DNA from: Dehalococcoidia bacterium
GTDB taxonomy: Bacteria > Chloroflexota > Dehalococcoidia > DSTF01 > JACRBR01
Length of the DNA stretch: 64,000 bases
NCBI GenBank assembly: GCA_021731085.1
Contig: JAKFYB010000007.1
Span: 32,907-96,906 of the forward strand
Reading direction: 5' to 3'
The notes beneath the pieces are model-generated. The model saw only the letters and a program-made list of their open reading frames with translations. It was not told the DNA's origin and did not search any database. Position 1 is the first letter of the stretch. Every line of letters begins with the position of its first letter. This document shows, in pieces, positions 1 to 8,643 of the stretch. The translations under genes and the position numbers were made by a program.

Positions 1-564
1 CGACGAGAAGAACACCGTCCGCCCTTCGCTGACGGCCTCCTCCAGCAGGCGCACCACTTCATCCTGTACCAGCGGATCGAGGCCCGATGTCGGCTCGTCG
101 AGGATCAGCACTTCCGGTCGGTGCATGAGCGCCTGCACCACGCCCAATTTCTGCCGATTGCCTTTCGACAGCGCCCGGATGCGTTTCGTCGGGTCGAGAC
201 CAAGCCGTTCGCACAACGCATCCCGGTATGTAGCGTCTTTCTTCTCTGGCCGAAACGAATCGATGTAGTTCAGGAATTCGTTCCCGCGCATGCCTTCGTA
301 CAAGCGCAGGTCGCCAGCGAGATAACCGACGCGCTTCCGCACTTGGACGCTTTCGCGCTGGCAGTTAAACCCCATGACAAACGCGCTGCCCTCATCTGGA
401 CGGATCAAGTCGAGCAGGATGCGAATCGCCGTCGTCTTGCCTGCCCCGTTCGGCCCGAGGAACCCGAAGATGCGCCCGGCATCAACCGTCAGGTCGATGC
501 CACCGAGCGCACGCGTCTCGCCGTAGTGTTTCACCACGCCGCGTAGTTCGATGGCGGCTGTCAT
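1..564 (-). CDS. ABC transporter ATP-binding protein (partial; 3' end runs off the window start)
   Basis: Not in the ORF track because it runs off the edge. Reverse translation from ATG (cat 562-564) gives MTAAIELRGVVKHYGETRALGGIDLTVDAGRIFGFLGPNGAGKTT (Walker A), then LSKGNRQKLG (signature-like) and LILDEPTSGLD (Walker B). Confidence 0.85.
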   Translation of the reverse strand, partial: MTAAIELRGVVKHYGETRALGGIDLTVDAGRIFGFLGPNGAGKTTAIRILLDLIRPDEGSAFVMGFNCQRESVQVRKRVGYLAGDLRLYEGMRGNEFLNYIDSFRPEKKDATYRDALCERLGLDPTKRIRALSKGNRQKLGVVQALMHRPEVLILDEPTSGLDPLVQDEVVRLLEEAVSEGRTVFFSS

Positions 565-596
565 GTAGCCAGTGTACGAGCTTTGCGGCCAACGCC

Positions 597-965
597 TTAG
601 GGCCGATCGACCCTCGCCAGAAGCGCATCAACGTCCTTCGCGAAGTAGATCTCATTCCCGCGATCGCACTCGATGATGAAATCCCGCAATGCATCGCTAG
701 CCGCTACCTGTGTGGAGACGTCGCCAACGATGGCCAGCTGCATGCGGTAGTTGATCACCTTTTGCATAAACTCCCCAGCCATCCCTGAGCGCAGTCGCAG
801 GAACTCAGGATCCAGCCGCTCGACCGGCACGACGATTACGCGCGCACCCGCATTCATCGCCGCCTCAACGAGATCGCGCGCGCTTGCGGCGCTGCCGATG
901 AGCGCGCCCTCTGTAGCAACGAACAGGCACATGCTTCGAACAGCGGTACCTAGTTCCTCGTCCAT
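597..965 (-). CDS. DUF4180-like small protein
   Basis: ORF 597..1172 trimmed to internal Met70 (MDEELGTAV...). The upstream part overlaps the divergent gene at 1048. The C-terminal half resembles DUF4180 proteins, which are often found next to ABC ATPases. Confidence 0.55.
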   Translation of the reverse strand: MDEELGTAVRSMCLFVATEGALIGSAASARDLVEAAMNAGARVIVVPVERLDPEFLRLRSGMAGEFMQKVINYRMQLAIVGDVSTQVAASDALRDFIIECDRGNEIYFAKDVDALLARVDRP

Positions 966-1047
966 ACCCGCGATTGTAGTAATGGGAGAGCCGATTCGAC
1001 AACCGACTACGGGTCCCCTTCGCCGAAAGTCACAGTAGACTCTCTCC

Positions 1048-2079
1048 ATGGCAGAGAATCCGCAGGCGTACGCCGAACCTGAGCTCACAACCGCCGTGCA
1101 GCTCTGCGGCGCGGACGGGCGGATGAATCCGGATGCCGTCGGCTGGTCACGACGTCCCGTCCACGCCTGCAACCTGCCGGATTCGCTTCAACGGAAAAAG
1201 AAGTGGAACTACTGGGCCGTCACCAGCAACGATCTGTTCTTCTCCGCAACGATCGCCGACATCGAGCGCTTGCAGCTCGGTGGTGCATACATCTTCGAAC
1301 GCCGTACGAAGCGCCACATCGACAAGGCCGTCGTGCGCTCTCCGGGCTCAATCATCATCCCAGAGACTGTTAGCGGCGATATGGTGATCGAACATCCTGC
1401 GATGCGAGTCGCGCTCACCGATGAGGGAACTGGCACGCGGATTCGTGTTGCGGCCGCGGACTTTGGTGGCATGCCCCTCGAGGCCGACATCCTCATCCAG
1501 CGGCCCACCGGCCACGAAACACTCAACGTCGTCATCCCCTGGACGCCAACGCAGTTCCAGTTCACGTCCAAGCAAAACACGCTGCCCGCATCCGGCTTCA
1601 TACAACTCGGCGATGAGCGCTTCGAGCTGGCTCAACCGGCGTTCGGCTGCCTTGACTACGGGCGCGGCGTGTGGCCCGAACACACGATCTGGAACTGGGG
1701 TTCAGCGTCCGGCATACAGAACGGCACGACCGTCGGCCTGAACCTCGGCGGCAAGTGGACGGACGGCACCGGCATGAACGAAAACGGCGTCTGCATCGAC
1801 GGGCGGCTGACCAAGATCAGCGAGGATCTGGTCTTTGAGTACGATCGAACGGCGATGATGAAGCCATGGCGCGTTCGCACCGTCGTCTCCGATCGCATCG
1901 ACCTCACCTTCGAGCCCGAGTACGAACGGGCGTCCGAGAGCGGCAGGCGCGACAGCTACTTCACAACCGCGAGCCAGATGTTCGGGTGCTACTCCGGGTA
2001 CATCGCACCCGACGACGGCCCGACGATTCAGGTGAGCGACCTCTTTGGCTGGATCGAAGAGCACGAAGCCCGCTGGTAG
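1048..2079 (+). CDS. DUF2804-like conserved hypothetical protein
   Basis: 343-aa ORF with non-artefactual composition. The KKKWNYWAVTS motif and the length are typical of the DUF2804 family (recalled from memory). Confidence 0.6.
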   Translation: MAENPQAYAEPELTTAVQLCGADGRMNPDAVGWSRRPVHACNLPDSLQRKKKWNYWAVTSNDLFFSATIADIERLQLGGAYIFERRTKRHIDKAVVRSPGSIIIPETVSGDMVIEHPAMRVALTDEGTGTRIRVAAADFGGMPLEADILIQRPTGHETLNVVIPWTPTQFQFTSKQNTLPASGFIQLGDERFELAQPAFGCLDYGRGVWPEHTIWNWGSASGIQNGTTVGLNLGGKWTDGTGMNENGVCIDGRLTKISEDLVFEYDRTAMMKPWRVRTVVSDRIDLTFEPEYERASESGRRDSYFTTASQMFGCYSGYIAPDDGPTIQVSDLFGWIEEHEARW

Positions 2080-2226
2080 TCCCCGCAACGTAGGGCGTCG
2101 CGGGCGCATGACGCCCTTCGCGACAGCGCCGTCAGAACCTCACTAAAGAGTTCAGTCGATCCTCTGTGCTTCTGTGTCTCTGTGTTTTTTGGCGATGCCC
2201 GCAGACCGGCGCGCTACCCTGAAGCC

Positions 2227-3183
2227 ATGGACCTCCGGTTCGAAGACCCAGCCATCCTCCTCCTTCTGCTGGCTGTGCCTGCGCTAGCTGTCATCGCCCT
2301 CTGGTTCCGCAGCGACGGCGGCGCTATTCGCGTCGGCGACATCGCCCCGGCCGCGCGCGCGCATCGCACATGGCGCGTACGGCTCGAACCATGGCTGCCG
2401 GTCTGGCGCCTGCTGGCCGTCACGCTGCTCATCGTCGCCATGGCGCGCCCTCAGCGCGGCGAAGCTGCCACCGAGTCCGAGGGCGAAGGCATCGACATCG
2501 TCCTTGCGTACGACCTCTCGTCGAGCATGTCCGAGCCCTTCGCGCGCGGCCAGTCGCGCCAGGACGCCGCCGAAGATGTCCTCAAACGCTTCATCGAGGC
2601 ACGTGAAAACGACCGCGTCGGCCTCGTCGTCTTCCGCGAACGCACCCTCACGCTCAGCCCCCTCACCGTGGACTATGACGCCCTGAGCAGCGTCGTCGAG
2701 TCCGCGCCCTCCATTCGTCTCGACGACGCGACGGCCATCGGGTCGGCAATCGCCGAATCCGTGCGAGCGCTGGAGTCTTCGGAAAGCGCCAGCAAGATCG
2801 TCATCCTCCTCACCGACGGAGAGAACACCGCCGGCGACATCGAGCCGCTTGCCGCTGCTCGCATCGCCGAGAGTCTCGGCATCCGCGTCTACACGGTCGG
2901 CGTCGTCAGCATCACCGCCGGGCAGCAGCAGTCCACCCTCAATGTCGACGAAGCCGCCCTGCGCGAAATCGCCAGTGTCACCGGTGCCACGTACAATCGC
3001 GCCGAGGATCCCGCCGCCCTCGATCAGATCTACACCTCGATCGACGATCTCGAGAAGTCGCGCTTCGCGACCATCGAACTCACGCGCTACGACGAGATCG
3101 CGCCGTGGCTGCTCGCCGCTGCGGCGATAGCCCTCGCGCTCGAGATCTTGTTGCGCTCGACGTATTTCCGGAGGGCGGCATGA
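2227..3183 (+). CDS. VWA domain membrane protein, BatA-like
   Basis: The N-terminus has two TM segments. The VWA MIDAS motif reads DIVLAYDLSSSM, followed later by ILLTDGENT. A C-terminal TM is present. Start trimmed to MDLRF. The stop overlaps the next start (ATGA at 3180-3183). Confidence 0.8.
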   Translation: MDLRFEDPAILLLLLAVPALAVIALWFRSDGGAIRVGDIAPAARAHRTWRVRLEPWLPVWRLLAVTLLIVAMARPQRGEAATESEGEGIDIVLAYDLSSSMSEPFARGQSRQDAAEDVLKRFIEARENDRVGLVVFRERTLTLSPLTVDYDALSSVVESAPSIRLDDATAIGSAIAESVRALESSESASKIVILLTDGENTAGDIEPLAAARIAESLGIRVYTVGVVSITAGQQQSTLNVDEAALREIASVTGATYNRAEDPAALDQIYTSIDDLEKSRFATIELTRYDEIAPWLLAAAAIALALEILLRSTYFRRAA

Positions 3184-4982
3184 CGTTCGGTTCGCCCGCC
3201 TTCTTCTGGCTCATGCTGCTCGTGCCGGTGTGCATCGCGGCGAGCGTCTGGTGGCTATTCTGGCGGGCGCGCGCTCGCCGTACCTTCGGTGGCATCGCCG
3301 ATGAGCCGGGAGCCGCGAAGGCCGCCCTGTTTTTGACGCCCATCCTGCTAGTCGGCGCGATTGGGCTGGCCGTGTTTGCCGCCGCGCGCCCGCAGTTCGG
3401 TGAGAGCACCGATGCGCTCGAACAGCGCGGCATCGACGTTGTCATCGTGCTCGACGTTTCGAACAGCATGACAGCGACCGATGCTCCGCCGAACCGCCTC
3501 GGCCTCGCCCAGACGGAGATCGCCGCCTTCCTCGAGCGCTCTCGCGGCGACCGCGTCGGCCTCGTGCTCTTCGCTGCGCAGCCGTTCCTGCGGTCGCCCC
3601 TGACGTCCGATCTCCTTGCGCTCTCCGGCCTAGTCGGTGGCGTCGACGAAGAGCGCGCGCTCCTCGACCCTGGCTCCGACCTCGGCTCCGCGATCAACCG
3701 CGCCGCCGCCATGCTCGAGGAGAGCGACACCGAAACGCGCGTAGTCCTCGTCGTCTCGGACGGCGAAGACTTCGGCACCGCAGCCGAGTCCGCTGTCGCA
3801 TCCGCCGCGCGCGACGGCGTACGCGTATACACGGCAGGTGTCGGCACCGCCGAAGGCTCACCCGTGTTGGATCTCGATGCACGCACCGGCATCGTCACAG
3901 CGCGCGTCGATCCGGAAACTGGCGAAGCTGTCCTTACGCGCCTCGACAGCACCTCCCTCCGCCTGCTCGCCGAATCAGGCGGCGGACGCTACCTCACCCT
4001 CGGCGACGACGGCTCGCTCGCGGAACTCGCAGGCGAGTTCGAAGGTCTGGAGGCAACCTCGTTCGGCGAGGAAGACGCTACGAATCCCGTCGAGCGATTC
4101 CAGGTGTTTGCCGCCCTTGCGCTGCTTCTGGCCGATATCGAACTGATGTTGCTCGCGATTCCGCGCCGCAAGGGCGTGCGCGGTGGTTCGGCGGCTAAGC
4201 TCTTGCCCGTGGCCGGCTCCGCGATGTTCATTGCCGCTGTCTGTGGCACAACGGTCGCTGATGTGAACAACGATGCCAACGCGCAGTACAAGCAGGGCGA
4301 ATACGTCGCCGCGCTCGACAGCTATCGCACGGCACAAGCCTTAGACGGCAACGACGAACCGGAGCTCAACCACAACGCCGGCAACGCCCTCAATATGCTC
4401 GCCCGCTACGAGGAGGCGATCGAGGAGACGCTACGCGCTCGCGCGTGTGGGGTCGCCGACGACCCCTGCGATCCGGTGACGCTTGCCCGCATCGAGTACG
4501 CACTTGGCAATCACTACGTCGGCGCGAACCGTCTGCGCGACGCGCTGGAGGCGTACCGACGGGCGCTGCTCGCCGACGGCACCGACAACGACGCGAAGGC
4601 GAACTACGAGCTGGCGTCGCGCTGGCTCACACCGACGCCCGATGCGACGCAGTCCGCCCCCATCGGCACCCCAACCGCCGGCGGCGAGGAAGGCGAGCCC
4701 GGCTCCGGCGCCGACGATCCCGGCGCGGAAGCGACGCCCGGCACCGGGGAAGGTGGCACACCAGACGACGCAGGCGGCGAACTAGAGACACTGCCGGCCG
4801 ACCCCTCAGAACTAACGGACGAACAACTCCAGCAGGCCCTCGACGAAGCGCTCGCTGGAATCGAAGAAGAGTTCACTCCCGAGGAAGCCCAGCGCCTCCT
4901 CGAACTGCTAGCCGAAGAAAACCGCCGCGGCATCGAATCCGCCGCCGAAGACATCATCCGCCCGGACCTTCCCGACTACTAA
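3180..4982 (+). CDS. VWA domain plus TPR protein, BatB/BatC-like fusion
   Basis: Start is MTFGSPAFFWLMLLVP (TM). The VWA motifs are DVVIVLDVSNSM and VVLVVSDGEDF. TPR-like repeats (YKQGEYVAALDSYRTA..., NALNMLARYEEAIE) follow a central TM, and the C-terminal tail is acidic. Confidence 0.8.
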   Translation: MTFGSPAFFWLMLLVPVCIAASVWWLFWRARARRTFGGIADEPGAAKAALFLTPILLVGAIGLAVFAAARPQFGESTDALEQRGIDVVIVLDVSNSMTATDAPPNRLGLAQTEIAAFLERSRGDRVGLVLFAAQPFLRSPLTSDLLALSGLVGGVDEERALLDPGSDLGSAINRAAAMLEESDTETRVVLVVSDGEDFGTAAESAVASAARDGVRVYTAGVGTAEGSPVLDLDARTGIVTARVDPETGEAVLTRLDSTSLRLLAESGGGRYLTLGDDGSLAELAGEFEGLEATSFGEEDATNPVERFQVFAALALLLADIELMLLAIPRRKGVRGGSAAKLLPVAGSAMFIAAVCGTTVADVNNDANAQYKQGEYVAALDSYRTAQALDGNDEPELNHNAGNALNMLARYEEAIEETLRARACGVADDPCDPVTLARIEYALGNHYVGANRLRDALEAYRRALLADGTDNDAKANYELASRWLTPTPDATQSAPIGTPTAGGEEGEPGSGADDPGAEATPGTGEGGTPDDAGGELETLPADPSELTDEQLQQALDEALAGIEEEFTPEEAQRLLELLAEENRRGIESAAEDIIRPDLPDY

Positions 4983-5045
4983 GGCAGGGCGAGCGGCCGC
5001 GCGAAGCGACCGCAGCAATTGTGAAGCTGAAGGGCTTGGCGATCG

Positions 5046-5074
5046 TTGATCTAAATGCTCAGGCGTGATACATT
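5046..5074 (+). promoter_or_regulatory. candidate sigma70-type promoter (TTGATC-N17-TACATT)
   Basis: -35 TTGATC at 5046-5051 and -10 TACATT at 5069-5074 with a 17-nt spacer. It sits about 100 nt upstream of the 5180 start. Confidence 0.35.
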
Positions 5075-5179
5075 TTCACTCCCGTGAGCCCGCCTCATGG
5101 ACAGCTTCAACGGCAACGATAAACCGCGACGCGCGGTACGAGTGTGCCCCACAAACGTGAGGGCGGGAGGTTCATCGGC

Positions 5180-5746
5180 GTGCATGTAACACCATCAGCG
5201 CGTGAAGCACTCTCAAAGCTGTTGGTTCGCCGTAACACCCCCGATCGATGCCTTCGTCTCAATACCAACCTCGGTAACTACCGCTTCGTGATCGATGAGC
5301 CGATCGAGCACGACATCATCTTCAACTTCGAGGAGCGCCAGGTGTTGGTCGTCTCGGAGACCGTCGCCCGCGATCTCTGGGGCATCACCGTTGACACGAC
5401 GCTCGGCGAGGACGGCAAGCAGAAGCTCATCTTCCGCAAGGCCAAGCACGGCGAACCGCTCGAGGCCGTCCGCGATGACGCGCCGATGGTGCCGCCGGAA
5501 TGGCGCGCCGAGCAGCACGCGCTCCTACTCGAAGAGATCGCCGAGATCGGACGCCAGATCCAGTCGCTGCGCGGCCGCACGAAGTCCGCTGTGCGCGAGC
5601 AACTCCACACACTCGAAGCATCGCGCCAGCAGAAGTGGGATGCCATTCGCTCAATCTGGGCCGGCGATGGCGGCTGGCACAAGCTCAACGGTATGGGCGC
5701 TCCAACAGAAGAAGTACAGGCGCCGACCGCGGCCACAGTAAAGTAG
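5180..5746 (+). CDS. hypothetical protein (N-terminal beta-rich domain plus C-terminal coiled-coil-like region)
   Basis: ORF 5144..5746 trimmed to GTG at 5180, which is preceded by GGGAGG at 5165-5170 (9-nt spacing). Composition is non-artefactual. No family recognised with confidence. Confidence 0.5.
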   Translation: MHVTPSAREALSKLLVRRNTPDRCLRLNTNLGNYRFVIDEPIEHDIIFNFEERQVLVVSETVARDLWGITVDTTLGEDGKQKLIFRKAKHGEPLEAVRDDAPMVPPEWRAEQHALLLEEIAEIGRQIQSLRGRTKSAVREQLHTLEASRQQKWDAIRSIWAGDGGWHKLNGMGAPTEEVQAPTAATVK

Positions 5747-5785
5747 CGTGATATCCCCGAAGGATCGGGGCGGAACGGAGTTCTT

Positions 5786-5986
5786 GTGACGGCAGTTGAC
5801 TTACGAGACGGCGAATCAGGCGAACACCTGCTGACGCGCTTCCGCCAGGCGGTGCAGCGCGATGGCATTCTGCGTGAAATCAAGCAGCGGCGGCACTTCA
5901 TCCCGAAGAGCGAACAGCGGCGCATCGCCCAGGCGAAGGCCGCGCGCCGCCGCCGCCGCGCAAAGCGCCCCGCACCAACGATGTAG
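5786..5986 (+). CDS. rpsU: 30S ribosomal protein S21
   Basis: 66 aa with a GTG start. The sequence ...GESGEHLLTRFRQAVQRDGILREIKQRRHFIPKSEQRRIAQAKAARRRR matches the S21 pattern (RRF+R...G+L.E++RR..YEKPS..R+), recalled from memory. Confidence 0.85.
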   Translation: MTAVDLRDGESGEHLLTRFRQAVQRDGILREIKQRRHFIPKSEQRRIAQAKAARRRRRAKRPAPTM

Positions 5987-6020
5987 TCTCGCGCCGCCGC
6001 GATAGTTGTGAATCGATAGC

Positions 6021-6050
6021 GCCCGCCTACGCGGGTGTTTTCGTTTTTTC
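6021..6050 (+). terminator. rho-independent terminator after rpsU
   Basis: Stem GCCCGC/GCGGGT with loop CTAC (6021-6036), followed by the T-rich run GTTTTCGTTTTTTC. Confidence 0.6.
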
Positions 6051-6068
6051 GAGATTGTGTTGACGGAA

Positions 6069-6090
6069 GCGCGGGCTTTTCAGCCCGCGC
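6069..6090. repeat. REP-like hairpin, copy 1 (GCGCGGGC-TTTTCA-GCCCGCGC)
   Basis: Perfect 8-bp stem. The same element with similar flanks occurs at 8573-8594 and 42502-42523. Confidence 0.7.
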
Positions 6091-6149
6091 GTTGCGTTTG
6101 GCACGGCGTTCACGTGTGATGTGAGAGAGCGCGCGCACCCCGACACGCA

Positions 6150-7337
6150 CTACACGAGCGCCGACCCCGAAGCCGCCTCAAGAATCCGCAGACTCAACTC
6201 CGTCCCCACAGAAAGCGCCGCCTCGTCGAAGTCAAACTTCGGGTGATGATGCGGATACACATGCTCCCCGCTCGTCGGCGCCGCGCCCAGCAGGAAGTAC
6301 GCACCCGGCGCCTCCTCGAGGAAGTACGACATATCGTCCGCGCCTGTCACACTCGCACCGCCTACGTTCTCAGCGCCGAGCATTGCCGCCGCCGTCGCCT
6401 CGACCAGCGCTGCTGCTTCCGGATCGTTGACCACCGCCGGCAACGTCGACGAATCGAACTGGTACTCCGCGCCGAATCCCTGAGTTACGCCAGCAACGAT
6501 CTGTTCCGCGCGCTTCAACACGCGCGCAAGCACGTCGGCGTCGAACGTCCGGATAGAACCCGACATCATCACCTCGTTCGGGATGATGTTCCCGCGCACT
6601 CCGCCGTCGATGCGCCCGACGGTGAGCACAGCGGTCGAAGCCGGATCAACGTTGCGACTGACGACGGATTGCAACGCAACAACAACATGCGCCGCGGCCA
6701 GGATCGGATCGACAGTCTGGTGCGGCGCCGCCGCGTGCCCACCACGCCCTCGCACGATGATCCGGAAGTGCGTCGCCGCAGCGAAGATCGCGCCCGGCAC
6801 AACCAGCACCTCGCCTGTCGGATTGCTCGCCCAGATGTGCAGCCCGAACACGCGCTCCACGGTCGGCTCACGCATCACGCCTTCTTCGATCATCCGCTTC
6901 GCGCCGCCGACGTGCTCTTCGGCCGGCTGGAACGCGAACCGCACAGTCCCTGCGAGCGACGCACGCGAGCGCTGGACTAACTCCGCCAGCGACAGGCCAA
7001 TCGCGACATGCCCATCGTGGCCGCAGGCATGCATCGCCCCGTTCGTCGACGCGAATGAATGACCCGTCGCTTCATCAAGGGGCAGTCCGTCGATATCTGC
7101 ACGCCACATCAGATTCGGCCCCGGCTGCCCGCCACGTACAATCGCCGTCACGCCCGTTTCGGCAATCGCCCGCACGTCGTCGAGCCCAAGCTTCACCAAC
7201 CGCTCCATGATGAGCGCCTGGGTCCGGTGCTCCTTCGTTGAAAGTTCAGCGTTCTCGTGCAGGTCGCGCCGCAACGCAATCGCGCCAGCCTCGAGCGCAA
7301 CAACTGCAGGCCTAATCGTCGGTTCGGTCATGGGCAA
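6150..7337 (-). CDS. M20 family amidohydrolase (M20D, N-acyl-amino acid amidohydrolase/hippuricase-like)
   Basis: 395 aa. Motifs HACGHDGH and FQPAEE, plus the dimerisation-domain pattern, are typical of peptidase M20D. Confidence 0.85.
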   Translation of the reverse strand: MPMTEPTIRPAVVALEAGAIALRRDLHENAELSTKEHRTQALIMERLVKLGLDDVRAIAETGVTAIVRGGQPGPNLMWRADIDGLPLDEATGHSFASTNGAMHACGHDGHVAIGLSLAELVQRSRASLAGTVRFAFQPAEEHVGGAKRMIEEGVMREPTVERVFGLHIWASNPTGEVLVVPGAIFAAATHFRIIVRGRGGHAAAPHQTVDPILAAAHVVVALQSVVSRNVDPASTAVLTVGRIDGGVRGNIIPNEVMMSGSIRTFDADVLARVLKRAEQIVAGVTQGFGAEYQFDSSTLPAVVNDPEAAALVEATAAAMLGAENVGGASVTGADDMSYFLEEAPGAYFLLGAAPTSGEHVYPHHHPKFDFDEAALSVGTELSLRILEAASGSALV

Positions 7338-7368
7338 AAGGGTATCCGGCTACGGCTGGGGGACAACG

Positions 7369-8454
7369 CTAGCCAGCGTCGCCCGGCATCAACTTCACAC
7401 CCGCCTCTAGCGTCTTTCCGGCCGCAACGGTCGCACCGTTCGCCAGCACGGCATCCGTCACGACAGCGCCGGCGCCGATCGAACATCCGGCCGCGATGAT
7501 GCTGTTCGTGATCGTCGCGCCGTCACCGACAAGGGCGTCCTCCCATAGCGCGCTCCCCACGATCGCCGCGCCTTCACCAACGCGCGTCCGTGCCCCGATC
7601 ACCGTAGGTCCCGTGATGCGCGCACCCACACCGACGCGTACGCCGTCGCCCAATGCGATCATGCCCCCAAACGTCACACCGTCGCCAACGGCTGCGCCAT
7701 CGTGGCCGAGGACATCCACGCCCGCGTCGCGCGTTTGGCGTTCCAGCAACAGCCGCATGGCGATGAAGTAGCGCTCCGGCGAGCCCACGTCCACCCAGAG
7801 GTCTTCCTCGAACCCCTGCACACGCAAACCGTCGGCGATGATCCCCGGAAACAGCACACGCTCCGAAAACCCGTCGCGGATCGCCGTCTCGTCGTCCGGA
7901 ATCCGGTCGAGCATCTCGGGCTCCCACAGCCACGTCCCCGCGTTGATAAGGTTGCTTGGCTCTTCGCCTTGCGGCGGCTTCTCGACGAAGCGCCGGATAC
8001 GGAGATCGTCCTCGACTTCGGCGACGCCGTAGTCCCAAGGGTCGTGCACCGCGGCGAGCGACATGCTGAGCGTCGCGCCCCTGCTCCGATGGAGTGCGAT
8101 CATCGCCGCCAGATCGACGTTCGTGATGATGTCGCCGTTACAGACGACGAGCGTGCCAGTCGCGCCGGCGAAGCGCGCCGCCTCCTTGACCGCCCGTCCC
8201 GACCCCAGCGGCCGATCCTCGTACGAGTACGAGATTCGCAGCCCAAGCGCCGCGCCGTCGCCGAAGAATTCCTCGATCTCCTGCACACCCTGCCCGCACG
8301 CCATCACGATGTCTTCAACACCATGCTGCTTCAGATTGCGAAAGCGATACTCCAGCAGCGGCACGTTGACGACAGGCACCAGTTCCTTGCGCCGCGCATA
8401 CGTCAGCGGTCGCAGCCGTGTCCCGGCCCCACCAGCAAGAATGATTGCGAACAT
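7369..8454 (-). CDS. NDP-sugar pyrophosphorylase (mannose-1-P guanylyltransferase/glucose-1-P nucleotidyltransferase-like) with C-terminal left-handed beta-helix
   Basis: Trimmed to MFAIILAGGAGTRLRPLT (the G-x-G-T-R-L signature). The C-terminus has hexapeptide repeats (VGDGVTFGG..., IGARTRVGEGAAIVG...). Confidence 0.85.
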   Translation of the reverse strand: MFAIILAGGAGTRLRPLTYARRKELVPVVNVPLLEYRFRNLKQHGVEDIVMACGQGVQEIEEFFGDGAALGLRISYSYEDRPLGSGRAVKEAARFAGATGTLVVCNGDIITNVDLAAMIALHRSRGATLSMSLAAVHDPWDYGVAEVEDDLRIRRFVEKPPQGEEPSNLINAGTWLWEPEMLDRIPDDETAIRDGFSERVLFPGIIADGLRVQGFEEDLWVDVGSPERYFIAMRLLLERQTRDAGVDVLGHDGAAVGDGVTFGGMIALGDGVRVGVGARITGPTVIGARTRVGEGAAIVGSALWEDALVGDGATITNSIIAAGCSIGAGAVVTDAVLANGATVAAGKTLEAGVKLMPGDAG

Positions 8455-8572
8455 GCGCCAGCTTATCGGACGCCGCGGCGTGTGAGACTGTGTAGCGCGG
8501 GCCTTCACCCGCGCGGGTCTGGACCGCGGTCCCCAGCGCGCTTTGCAAGATGATCACCGCTCGAACGACGGA

Positions 8573-8594
8573 GCGCGGGCTCTTCAGCCCGCGC
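8573..8594. repeat. REP-like hairpin, copy 2 (GCGCGGGC-TCTTCA-GCCCGCGC)
   Basis: Same 8-bp stem as copy 1. The flanks ACGGA...GCGTT and GTGTGATG are shared with copy 1. Confidence 0.7.
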
Positions 8595-8643
8595 GTTCGT
8601 GTGATGAGATGCATCTCCGCGATGCGCTCCAGAGCCCGCGACC

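Noticed and set aside
5180-5746. Assignment of the 5180 ORF to the HesB/IscA Fe-S scaffold family.
   Set aside because: It shows only a vague N-terminal resemblance. The conserved Cys residues of IscA/HesB are absent, so it is left as hypothetical.
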